Positions 8,979 through 17,342 of a DNA stretch of 25,730 bases are shown here, piece after piece (position 1 is the stretch's first letter; the number at the start of each line of letters is the position of its first letter). The translations under genes and the position numbers were made by a program. Location of the stretch: the NCBI GenBank assembly GCA_963786105.1, contig CAWAXX010000015.1, forward strand, positions 1 to 25,730, written 5' to 3'. Under the pieces are notes generated by a model. The model was not told where the DNA came from. It did not search any database and saw nothing but the letters and a program-made list of their open reading frames with translations. The DNA comes from Vulcanimicrobiota bacterium. Its GTDB lineage: Bacteria > Vulcanimicrobiota > Vulcanimicrobiia > Vulcanimicrobiales > Vulcanimicrobiaceae.

Positions 8979-9410
8979 ATGATGGCAACGCGACGACCGA
9001 AACGCCCAAGCCCGGCAATCGATGCGGAAGTGGGCTACGCCGCCGACCCGCGCGGTGGCGGAGTCGCTTACGCCAGGGTCGGCACCGCCGATGCGCAGCA
9101 CCTGCTGCGCGTACCGTTTAGGGCGGCCCGTACGTCGCTTCCCGAAAGGGCCGCTGGCTACGCCGCATTAACCGCCGTGGCTCGTGCGCTGCACGCGCGC
9201 GGCCGGGGACGCATCCGGTTTGCTTTGGACGACGCCGCGCTGATCGAAGATCTAGCGGACCGCCGAACGGTTCCCGAAGCGCTGGTCCTGCCGTACGTAC
9301 GGCTCCGGTGCGTCTTGAATCAGCTCGATGATTTCAGCGTGGAGCCGTTGCCGGACAGTGACCTCGCCCAACGCGCGCGCGCCGAGGTCGCGCTCAACGT
9401 CGCCGCGTGA
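8979..9410 (+). CDS. Hypothetical protein with a degenerate RNase HI-like fold
   Basis: GAAGGA RBS; 143 aa. 'AAGYAALTAVARALHARGRGRIRFALDDAALIEDL..VPEALVLPYVRLRCVLNQLDDF' follows the RNase HI pattern 'AEYxALIxGL..LG..L.V.GDSQLVV'. GTGA overlap with mpg. Confidence 0.7.
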   Translation: MMATRRPKRPSPAIDAEVGYAADPRGGGVAYARVGTADAQHLLRVPFRAARTSLPERAAGYAALTAVARALHARGRGRIRFALDDAALIEDLADRRTVPEALVLPYVRLRCVLNQLDDFSVEPLPDSDLAQRARAEVALNVAA

Positions 9411-10009
9411 TCGCTCTCCGGCGTCTCGCGCCAGGGGAGTTACCTGAGGAAACGCTAGCACTTGCTCGCGCGCTCGTCGGTTGCGTGCTCGTGCGTCGAC
9501 AAGCCGAGGGTTTGACCGCCGGGCGAATCGTCGAGACCGAGGCGTATTTACCGGGCGACCCCGCGTGCCACGCTTTCACGGGGAGAAGCGTTCGCAATGC
9601 CACCTTGTTCGGACCGCCGCATCGCGCTTACGTCTATCAAATATACGGAACGTCGTTCTGCTTCAACATGTCCAGCGAAAGCGCCGGGCTGGGTGCGGGG
9701 GTGCTGGTCCGTGCCCTGGAGCCGCTCGAAGGCCTGGAGCTCATGCGGCGCCGGCGGCAGGTGGACTCGGTGCGAGATTTGTGCCGGGGTCCGGGGCGTT
9801 TGTGCCGGGCGCTCGACATCGACCGTCTCCTCGACGGCGCCGACCCACTGACCCATCCGGGGTTGTGGCTGGCGGTGCCGGGACGCCTGCCTCACAAAGT
9901 TCGAAAGAGCCGGCGCATCGGAATCCGCAAAGCCGCGCACCGCCTGCTGCGCTTTTACGAGGCCGGGAGCCCCTTCGTGAGCGGACCCGCGCGCTTGAGC
10001 CCGCCGTGA
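9407..10009 (+). CDS. mpg: DNA-3-methyladenine glycosylase (MPG/AAG family)
   Basis: Motifs 'GRIVETEAY', 'DPACH', 'AYVYQIYG', 'GVLVRALEP', 'LCRGPGRLCRAL' and 'RIGI'. Confidence 0.95.
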   Translation: MIALRRLAPGELPEETLALARALVGCVLVRRQAEGLTAGRIVETEAYLPGDPACHAFTGRSVRNATLFGPPHRAYVYQIYGTSFCFNMSSESAGLGAGVLVRALEPLEGLELMRRRRQVDSVRDLCRGPGRLCRALDIDRLLDGADPLTHPGLWLAVPGRLPHKVRKSRRIGIRKAAHRLLRFYEAGSPFVSGPARLSPP

Positions 10010-10020
10010 ACGGCGATAAC

Positions 10021-10049
10021 TCGACAGGTCTCTAGGCCTGTGGTATAGT
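10021..10049 (+). promoter_or_regulatory. Sigma70-type promoter upstream of rho
   Basis: TCGACA, 17 nt, TATAGT, with an extended -10 (TGTGG). Confidence 0.6.
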
Positions 10050-10194
10050 GTGGGCGTCGCGCAGCTTGTACGTTCGTAACAGCCGCGACGCCTTGACATT
10101 CCCCCACGTGCGCGTCACCGATCCGATTGCGAGGCAGCCTCGCCCGCGAATCGACGCTGTTCGGCGCGTGCGGCTCCGCGAGAGAGATAATCCT

Positions 10195-11634
10195 CTGCAA
10201 ACCGAACATCGACCCATCAACGACGTGCGCCCACCTCAGGGAGGCGGCGGTCGTCGTCGCCGTTCGCGCCATCGGCGCTTCGGCCAACACCCTGGTCAGT
10301 TTCACGACCAATTCCCCCAGCCCGACTTGTCGCCGCCGCCTCCGACTGCGGCGCAACTCGCTGAAAAGACGAAAACGGAACTCGCTGCGATCGCCACCGA
10401 GATGGAGATCGAGCTTCCAAATCCGGCCAAACTCAAGAAAGACGACATCGTCGAGTTGATCCTATCGACGCAAGCCGCTCGGTCGGGTCTCGAAATGGCA
10501 AGCGGCATTCTCGACGTGTTGCCTGAGGGCTACGGGTTTTTGAGGCGCGACGGTTACATCATCGGCAACGACGACATTTACGTCAGCCAGTCGCAGATTC
10601 GCCGGTTCGAACTGCGCCGCGGCGATATGGTCGAAGGCCAAGTTCGCCGGCCGAAAGAGAGCGAAAAGTACTACGGCTTGATTCGCGTCGACAAAGTCAA
10701 CGATCTGGAACCCGAAGCGATCAAAAGCCGGCGCATTTTCGAAAAAGGCACGCCGATCTATCCACAGGAGCGCTTCAAACTCGAAGTGCGCTCCACGCAA
10801 CTCTCGACCCGCGTCATCGATCTCTTTTGTCCCATCGGCAAGGGACAGCGCGCGCTAATCGTCTCGCCGCCGAAAGCCGGTAAGACGACGCTGCTCAAAA
10901 ACATCGCCAACTCGATCTCGATCAATCATCCGGAAGCCCACATCATCGCGCTGCTGGTCGACGAGCGACCCGAAGAAGTCACCGACATGCAGCGGACTAT
11001 CGACGGCGAAGTGGTCGCGTCGACGTTCGACGAGCATCCGGAAAACCACACCGCCGTCGCCGAGTTGACCATGGAACGCGCCAAGCGATTAGTGGAGCTT
11101 GGAAAAGACGTGGTCATTCTTCTCGACTCGATCACGCGTCTTGCGCGTGCGCACAACCAAGTCGTGGCGAGCTCCGGACGCACGCTCTCGGGCGGTCTCG
11201 ACACCGCGTCGCTGCACAAGCCGAAGCGCTTCTTCGGTGCCGCGCGCAAGATCGAAGAGGGCGGCTCGCTCACCATCATTGCGACCGCGCTCATCGAAAC
11301 CGGTTCCAAGATGGACGACGTCATCTTCGAAGAGTTCAAAGGCACCGGCAACATGGAACTCAACCTGACGCGCAAACTCGCCGAGTCGCGAGTCTTCCCG
11401 GCTATCGATATCAAACGGTCCGGCACGCGTCACGAAGAGCTCTTGCTTTCGCCCGACGAGATGCGCAAGATCTGGATGCTCCGCCGTGCTACCGCGGTAC
11501 TCAACACGGGCGACATCACGGAGATTATCCTCGACAAGATGGCTCAGACACGCACCAACGACGAGTTCCTACAATCGGTCACGAAGGAAGCGCTTTCCAT
11601 GTCGCGCGGTTACGAAGAGAACGGCAAGCACTAG
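10195..11634 (+). CDS. rho: Transcription termination factor Rho (start uncertain: CTG 10195 or TTG 10093; the ORF track GTG 10048 lies inside the promoter)
   Basis: Motifs 'GYGFLR', '[12 protein letters not shown]', 'PIGKGQR', 'PPKAGKT', 'DERPEEVTD', '[11 protein letters not shown]' and 'FKGTGNME'. Confidence 0.97.
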   Translation: MQTEHRPINDVRPPQGGGGRRRRSRHRRFGQHPGQFHDQFPQPDLSPPPPTAAQLAEKTKTELAAIATEMEIELPNPAKLKKDDIVELILSTQAARSGLEMASGILDVLPEGYGFLRRDGYIIGNDDIYVSQSQIRRFELRRGDMVEGQVRRPKESEKYYGLIRVDKVNDLEPEAIKSRRIFEKGTPIYPQERFKLEVRSTQLSTRVIDLFCPIGKGQRALIVSPPKAGKTTLLKNIANSISINHPEAHIIALLVDERPEEVTDMQRTIDGEVVASTFDEHPENHTAVAELTMERAKRLVELGKDVVILLDSITRLARAHNQVVASSGRTLSGGLDTASLHKPKRFFGAARKIEEGGSLTIIATALIETGSKMDDVIFEEFKGTGNMELNLTRKLAESRVFPAIDIKRSGTRHEELLLSPDEMRKIWMLRRATAVLNTGDITEIILDKMAQTRTNDEFLQSVTKEALSMSRGYEENGKH

Positions 11635-12346
11635 ACTCAACAAGTATCTCGCGCAGGCCGGATCCGCGTCGCGGCGCGGCGCCGACGAACTGATCGCGCG
11701 CGGCCGTGTGCGCGTCAACGGCCGCGTCGTGCGCCAGTTGGGAACACTAGTCCATAGCGGCGACCGCGTCGAGTTGGATGGCGCGCCGATCCAACCGGCG
11801 GAAGAACCGACGTATCTCGTTTTGCACAAGCCCGCGGGGGTCGTGACCACCATGCGCGACCCGCAAGGGCGCGCCACGATCGTGCAGCTGCTTCCACCGG
11901 GTCCGCGAATCGTGCCCGTCGGTCGCCTCGACTACGACACTTCCGGCGTGCTACTGCTCACGAACGACGGAGAACTCAACAACCGATTGCTGCACCCGCA
12001 CTTCGGTGTCGAGAAAACCTACCGCGCCACGATTGGGGGGCGGCTGTCCGCTCTGGACGTGCGTCGCATCAACACCGGAATCGACCTCGATGAGTTCCGG
12101 GCGGCCGGCGCTAAACTGCGCGTCGTCTCCGTGCGGCGCGACCACAGCGTCGTGGATATCACGATTCACGAGGGACGCAATCGTCAGGTCCGCCGAATGT
12201 TCGAAGCGCTCGGACATCCCGTCATCGGGTTGGCCCGGCTGCGATTCGGCCCGATTTCGCTCGGGGACCTCGCTTCCGGACAGACGAGGCAACTCTCCAA
12301 AAAAGAGCGCACGGCGCTCGAGCGGCATCGTGCTAACGGAGGCTGA
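11621..12346 (+). CDS. rluB: rRNA pseudouridine synthase, RsuA/RluB family (start uncertain)
   Basis: S4 domain '[25 protein letters not shown]', catalytic '[17 protein letters not shown]', and '[10 protein letters not shown]'. Confidence 0.88.
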   Translation, partial: TASTRLNKYLAQAGSASRRGADELIARGRVRVNGRVVRQLGTLVHSGDRVELDGAPIQPAEEPTYLVLHKPAGVVTTMRDPQGRATIVQLLPPGPRIVPVGRLDYDTSGVLLLTNDGELNNRLLHPHFGVEKTYRATIGGRLSALDVRRINTGIDLDEFRAAGAKLRVVSVRRDHSVVDITIHEGRNRQVRRMFEALGHPVIGLARLRFGPISLGDLASGQTRQLSKKERTALERHRANGG

Positions 12347-13220
12347 CCCGCTCGGCGCGAACCCCAAACCCATGCCCCCGAACGAGCGTCACTTGGCACG
12401 GCGCGAGGCGCGCGCCGATCGTACCATCGTCCGCTTGGGTAACGGCACCGCGATCGGCGGCGAGACGCTGGCGCTTTGCGCAGGCCCGTGTTCGGTCGAG
12501 TCCGAGGCGCAGATCGAGGCGACTGCTGCCGCCGTCGCCGAAGCCGGAGGCACGGTATTGCGCGGCGGTGCCTTCAAGCCGCGAACGTCGCCTTACGCCT
12601 TTCAAGGACTGGGTCGTCGCGGATTGGCGTTGCTTCGCGCGGCTGCCGATCGTCACAACCTTGCCGTCGTCACCGAAGTCCTCGATCCACGCGACGTGCA
12701 CGTGGTCGCCGAATATGCCGACATGTTGCAAATAGGCGCGCGCAACATGCAAAATTTTGCGTTGCTGCGCGAGGCCGGTCTCTCCGGAAAACCGATCCTG
12801 CTCAAGCGCGGACTAGCGGCCACGGTCGACGAGTGGCTCATGGCCGCCGAGTACGTACTCGTCGAGGGAAACCCGTCGGTCGTTCTCTGCGAACGCGGTG
12901 TGCGATCGTTCGATCCGGCGACGCGCAACTTGCTCGACCTCTCGGTCGTTCCGTTGCTTGCGGAGCTCACGCACTTACCGGTGCTCGTGGATCCGTCGCA
13001 CGGAACGGGTCTGGCGCGCTTGGTGGAACCGATGAGCTTGGCCGCCGTTGCGGCGGGCGCCGACGGACTCTTGGTTGAAGTGCACCCAGAACCGGCGTAC
13101 GCAGCATCGGACGGCGCCCAGTCGCTGACGCTGGAGCAGTTCGCGCATCTGGCGTCCAGGCTCGGCGAGGTCGCGGCTGCGGTAGGTCGCCGCGTTGGAG
13201 TTCGCGGTTTAGCGGTATGA
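12330..13220 (+). CDS. aroF: 3-deoxy-7-phosphoheptulonate (DAHP) synthase, class I-beta
   Basis: Motifs 'AGPCSVES', '[18 protein letters not shown]', '[10 protein letters not shown]', 'CERG' and 'DPSHGTG'. Start is GTG 12330 or ATG 12372. Confidence 0.93.
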   Translation: MLTEADPLGANPKPMPPNERHLARREARADRTIVRLGNGTAIGGETLALCAGPCSVESEAQIEATAAAVAEAGGTVLRGGAFKPRTSPYAFQGLGRRGLALLRAAADRHNLAVVTEVLDPRDVHVVAEYADMLQIGARNMQNFALLREAGLSGKPILLKRGLAATVDEWLMAAEYVLVEGNPSVVLCERGVRSFDPATRNLLDLSVVPLLAELTHLPVLVDPSHGTGLARLVEPMSLAAVAAGADGLLVEVHPEPAYAASDGAQSLTLEQFAHLASRLGEVAAAVGRRVGVRGLAV

Positions 13221-13257
13221 TCGTCATCACTCCGTCTTCTTGAGGTAAAGGAACCCG

Positions 13258-14628
13258 ATGAAACGTATCTCTGGAATCGCCGCATTCGCCGTTGCCGTGA
13301 TGGTTTTGCCGGCAGCCGTCCCGGCCGGCGCTCAGTACGCGAACGAGTTTTCGCCCGCCAAACTGGTAAAGCAGGGCGGCACCTCGGTAGATATCGCCGG
13401 CAGCGGCTTGGTCGTCGTCCAAGTTCAGGTCAACGCCGACGGTACTCACAAGGCGATCAAGATAATCAAATCGACGAACGCCGGCGACAATGACGCAGCT
13501 CTGGACATCGCCCAGAACTCCACCTACCGCCCCGCGCACCGGGGTGCCACCGCGGTAACCGCGTTTTACGATTTCACGTTGAGATTCAACGGTAAATCCG
13601 TCGCCAGGTCCGATTCAGAGAGCGGCGGCGGAGGCGGAGGTTCCACAACCTCACTCAGCCCGGCAGCTCAGGCGGTCGCGAATCTGATTCGGGCGAAGAA
13701 CTACAGCCAGGCAAAGGCAAAAGCGCAGGCCGGGTTGCTCTCGGCGCCGGACGACCAGTCGTTGCGCCAGATGCTAGGAATCGCCGCCTTCGACAGCGGC
13801 GACGTTACCATGGCCGCTCAGGCGTTCGACAAAGTCCCGACCATCGGCAAACAGTTTCAGCCCGCCGCCGCCGCCAGCTTCGCGGCCGCATCCGTTGCCG
13901 CCGCCGACCAAAATCCGGCCCAGGCTCTCGGCTACGCTCAGAAGGCGGTCGCGCTGAATCCCGATCCGAACTCGCGATTCGCGCTGGGTACGGCGCAGCT
14001 CGCCAACAAACAGTACGCTGAGGCCATCACCACGCTTAAAGGCGTGCACGATTCGGCTATGAACGATCCAAAGATCTCGAAGGCCGCCAAAGTCAACATC
14101 GACGCGCGCCTCATGAGCGCCTATCTGGCCACGGGCGATTCCCAGAACGCGCAAGCGATCGCCAATGAGATCAAGCAGCTCGATCCTACCAGCACCCTGC
14201 CCGGCCGCGTGCTGGGCAATACGTACCTGAAGATGGGCTTGGACGCCGCAACGGCGCAAAAATACGACGACGCCTTCAAGTACTACGATATGGCGGCCGC
14301 GCAGGGAGATCCGGAAGTGTCGGTCACAGCAGATACCGAGGCGGCGTTTCTCATAACGAAGACCCCCAAGCCGGACTTCAAGAAGATGCAGGCTTATGCC
14401 GACAAGGCGATCGCGATTAAACCCGACGATGCACAAGCGAACTTCGCGGAAGGTATCGCCTTGACCGGTCAGTGGGCTCAGGGTCACGACGATGCGCAAA
14501 AGAAGAAAGCGCTCGACGCTCTCAACCACGCCGATGCACTTGCGAAAACGGCGGGGAACGAGGCGCTAGCGCTGTCCATCGAGACGTTCATCAAGAACAA
14601 TCTGTCGGCAACCCCCGCCGGCAAATAG
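13258..14628 (+). CDS. Exported protein with an N-terminal TonB C-terminal-like domain and TPR-like repeats
   Basis: Signal peptide ending AGA|Q. 'VVVQVQVNADG..KIIKS..DAALDIAQNSTYRPA..FTLRF' fits the TonB CTD pattern. A Gly/Ser linker is followed by Ala-rich helical repeats ('AQKAVALNPD', 'ADKAIAIKPDD'). AAAGGA RBS. Confidence 0.75.
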   Translation: MKRISGIAAFAVAVMVLPAAVPAGAQYANEFSPAKLVKQGGTSVDIAGSGLVVVQVQVNADGTHKAIKIIKSTNAGDNDAALDIAQNSTYRPAHRGATAVTAFYDFTLRFNGKSVARSDSESGGGGGGSTTSLSPAAQAVANLIRAKNYSQAKAKAQAGLLSAPDDQSLRQMLGIAAFDSGDVTMAAQAFDKVPTIGKQFQPAAAASFAAASVAAADQNPAQALGYAQKAVALNPDPNSRFALGTAQLANKQYAEAITTLKGVHDSAMNDPKISKAAKVNIDARLMSAYLATGDSQNAQAIANEIKQLDPTSTLPGRVLGNTYLKMGLDAATAQKYDDAFKYYDMAAAQGDPEVSVTADTEAAFLITKTPKPDFKKMQAYADKAIAIKPDDAQANFAEGIALTGQWAQGHDDAQKKKALDALNHADALAKTAGNEALALSIETFIKNNLSATPAGK

Positions 14629-14737
14629 GATGAGTCCGTGAACGTCACCAGGACTTTCCCCAGGGGTGGGCCAATGGGGGGCCCACTAAGTCCAATCACC
14701 ACCGAAAACTAAGCGGAACGGGAGGAGTCGGAACACC

Positions 14738-15406
14738 GTGTTTTCCGGATTTATTGGTCTCATGCAACAGGGCGGATGGGACATGTGGCTGCTCCTGTTG
14801 ATCTCGATCGTCGGCCTCGCCGTCGCCATCGAGCGTCTTGTGTTCTTCTGGTCGCAGCACGGAGATTCGAAGGGTCTGCTGCGTCAAATCGGCCAGAAAA
14901 TTTCCGCCGACGATCTCGACGGCGCCATCAAGATTTGCGCCGCGCAAAAAGGCATGCTCCCGCGCATCCTCGAGTTCGGTCTGCGTCGCGGAGAGAAAAA
15001 CCGCGCCGACATCACCGATGCGCTGTCGATCGCGTTGATGGAACATCTTAACTCACTGGAACGCAACCTCGCGATCATCGGCACCATCGCCGTCATCGCC
15101 CCGTTCGTCGGGCTGTTCGGAACGGTGCTCGGCATCATCAAGGCCTTCCAGGATATCGCCCTCAAGGGGAACTCGACCCCCGCAGTCGTCGCGGCGGGCG
15201 TCTCCGAGGCGTTGATCACGACGGCCAGCGGTCTGATCATCGCCGTCATCGCGGTGGTCTTCTTCAACTACTTCAAGTCACGCATCAAGAATTACAACCA
15301 AGAGATGATCGTCGCCGCCAACCAGCTTGCCGAAATGCTCCATTTCCACAACACCGGCTCGCCGATTCCCACCGATCTCTATCAGCCACCGAAAGCGGCG
15401 AAGTAG
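14738..15406 (+). CDS. exbB: MotA/TolQ/ExbB proton channel protein
   Basis: Motifs 'IAPFVGLFGTVLGII.AF' and 'GVSEALITTASGL'. GGAGGAG RBS. Confidence 0.93.
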   Translation: MFSGFIGLMQQGGWDMWLLLLISIVGLAVAIERLVFFWSQHGDSKGLLRQIGQKISADDLDGAIKICAAQKGMLPRILEFGLRRGEKNRADITDALSIALMEHLNSLERNLAIIGTIAVIAPFVGLFGTVLGIIKAFQDIALKGNSTPAVVAAGVSEALITTASGLIIAVIAVVFFNYFKSRIKNYNQEMIVAANQLAEMLHFHNTGSPIPTDLYQPPKAAK

Positions 15407-15432
15407 CAGCCGGCTGATTGTAGGGCACGACG

Positions 15433-15846
15433 ATGAGTTTGCTCTCGGCGAAGCAAGACGAAGAGGTGATGGCGGAAATCAACATCACGCCGTTTACCGA
15501 CGTGCTGTTGGTCTTGCTGATCATTTTCATGATTCTAGCCGCGCTGGTTGCGCCTCCGGGCTTTGAAAAAGAGTTGCCGAACAAGAACTCCAACACCCAG
15601 AGCAACCAGCAGAAGAACAAGAGCGACATCGAGGTTGACGTCAACAACAAGGGCGTGATTTTCGTCGACGGTGCCAAGACGAACGAGGTCGGCATATATC
15701 CGGCGATGCAGGCCGCCGCCCGAAAGAAGCCACACCACCACGTGGCGATCGTCGCCGATGCAAAGGCTCCGTACGGCATCATCATCCGAATCCTCGACGC
15801 CGCCAAGATCGCCGGTCTCGAAGACGTCGGATTCGTCACATCGTGA
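15433..15846 (+). CDS. exbD: ExbD/TolR biopolymer transport protein
   Basis: Motifs 'EINITPFTDVLLVLLIIFMI' and 'ADAKAPYG..IRILD'. Confidence 0.93.
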   Translation: MSLLSAKQDEEVMAEINITPFTDVLLVLLIIFMILAALVAPPGFEKELPNKNSNTQSNQQKNKSDIEVDVNNKGVIFVDGAKTNEVGIYPAMQAAARKKPHHHVAIVADAKAPYGIIIRILDAAKIAGLEDVGFVTS

Positions 15847-15887
15847 ACGCTCGACTAACTCGACTAAGACGGAGGGTTTGAAGCAAC

Positions 15888-16313
15888 GTGGCCGTTTCGA
15901 CAGGTGGAGGCGAAGATGAGGTGATGTCGACGATCAACATCACGCCGTTTACTGACGTGCTGTTGGTGCTCCTCATCATCTTCATCATTCTCGCATCGGT
16001 CACGAAAGAACCGAAGCTGCCCGACGCCTACAATAAGGACAAGGTGCAGCCGTCGCAGATCCTCGTACGCATCGACGATAAGAACAACATCTCAATCGGA
16101 TCGAACGTGGTGAATATCTCCGACGCGAAGGCGGCCTTCTCGCAGCTTCAAGACCAGACGGAGCACAAGTTCTCGAGCGTGATCATCAAAGCCGATCCCC
16201 ACGCGAGCTACGGCGTTATTCTGCAAGTGATGGATGCCGCCAAGTCGGTCGACCTCACCAACTTCGGCTTGGCCAATCACGTGCAAGGAACGCCCGAGGG
16301 GCAAACCCAGTAG
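15888..16313 (+). CDS. exbD: Second ExbD/TolR protein
   Basis: Motifs 'INITPFTDVLLVLLIIFII' and 'KADPHASYGVILQVMD'. GGAGG RBS. Confidence 0.92.
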   Translation: MAVSTGGGEDEVMSTINITPFTDVLLVLLIIFIILASVTKEPKLPDAYNKDKVQPSQILVRIDDKNNISIGSNVVNISDAKAAFSQLQDQTEHKFSSVIIKADPHASYGVILQVMDAAKSVDLTNFGLANHVQGTPEGQTQ

Positions 16314-16492
16314 TGACCTGCCTCACCCAAACACGCCGCGTCGCAGTGAAGCTGCCCTACGGGTTTCGGCGTTCGCTTACGCGGGCGTCGTTGCTCGTCG
16401 CTCAAATGGCTCAGGCCATTCCACGCTCCTCGCGCCTCGCCGGGCTAAGCGAATGCCGAAACGCCGCGGCGCGTTTGGGTGAGGCGGGTCAC
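16313..16492. mobile_element. MITE-like palindromic element (180 bp) with TA duplication
   Basis: 28-bp terminal inverted repeats (26/28 match) flanked by TA at 16311-12 and 16493-94. An inner 17-bp stem pairs 16363-16379 with 16446-16462. The core is shared with 23508-23681. Confidence 0.8.
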
Positions 16493-16498
16493 TAACTC

Positions 16499-17230
16499 AT
16501 GGCCGGAGCACCGAAAAAAGAGTCGCGTTACATCACGACCAGCGAGCGCGTCGGCAGTTTTATCGGCGTCGCGATCATTCTGTCGCTGGTCATCCATTTG
16601 GCCGTCGGTGCGTTTTTGCCGAACCTCGCCAACCAGCACGAGAATAACGAAGTCGAGAAAGTGACGATGGCCAAGCGGACGAAGGTGCGCGTTCCGACGC
16701 CGCCGCCGAAGCCGACGCCGACGCCGCCACCGACGCCGACTCCGAATCCGCACAACACCCCGCCGCCGAAGAAACCGGTCGAGCAGCCGAAGCCGCTCAA
16801 GGTGAACCTCGTTCACACCCAATCGAACAAGGCCGGCGGATCTACCGAGAACACCGTCAGCCAGCCGAAAACCGGCTCGGAAAACGGGGCTCCCGCCGGT
16901 ACCGGCAATGCGACGTCGGGTCCCGCAGCGACGCCGAAGCCCGCCTGTGCAAACCCAAACGTTGAGGCGACGGTCACCAGTCCAGTGCAGCCGGATTATC
17001 CCGAATCGGCGAAGGATCTCGGACTGGGTGCGGTTTCGGTTGAAGTCGAAGTGACGGTCGGGCCGTCGGGTAACCTCGTGAGCGCGTCGGTATACAAGAG
17101 TTCGAACAACATGTCGATCGATCAAGCCGCTCTGCGCGCCGCGCGCCAATCGACGTACTCGCCGAAACTCATCAATTGCTCGCCGACAACGGGAAATTAT
17201 CTGTTCCGCGCCGACTTCCAGCCAGACTAG
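16499..17230 (+). CDS. tonB: TonB family energy transducer
   Basis: N-terminal TM helix with the SxxxH motif ('SLVIH'), a Pro-rich linker, and a CTD ('PDYPESAK..V.VEVTVGPSG..SS....DQAALRAA'). Confidence 0.9.
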   Translation: MAGAPKKESRYITTSERVGSFIGVAIILSLVIHLAVGAFLPNLANQHENNEVEKVTMAKRTKVRVPTPPPKPTPTPPPTPTPNPHNTPPPKKPVEQPKPLKVNLVHTQSNKAGGSTENTVSQPKTGSENGAPAGTGNATSGPAATPKPACANPNVEATVTSPVQPDYPESAKDLGLGAVSVEVEVTVGPSGNLVSASVYKSSNNMSIDQAALRAARQSTYSPKLINCSPTTGNYLFRADFQPD

Positions 17231-17327
17231 GGAGTCCGATTTATCCCAACTCATCGTCGCCTCGGGCCTTATTTACCGTAGTAAACTGCGGCTCTCGGCT
17301 CCTCGATTTCGAAAAAATAAGCCTCCC
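17230..17327. mobile_element. MITE-like palindromic element (98 bp) with TA duplication
   Basis: Ends CTAGGGAG...CTCCCTAG with imperfect longer arms. The core cgtcgcctcgggcc-tttac-cgta-gtaaa-ggctctcggctcctcg is architecturally like the cores of the other elements. Confidence 0.72.
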
Positions 17328-17342
17328 TAGATTTCTACGCCC

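Noticed and set aside
15470..15985. Direct repeat atcaacatcacgccgtttac(c/t)gacgtgctgttggt
   Set aside because: Explained by the conserved TM motif of the two exbD paralogues.
16313..16495. 60-aa ORF between exbD2 and tonB1
   Set aside because: It coincides exactly with the palindromic element and has no recognisable protein features.
16690..16770. ccgacgccg tandem repeats, considered as a VNTR or CRISPR
   Set aside because: They encode the Pro/Thr-rich TonB linker and have no spacers.
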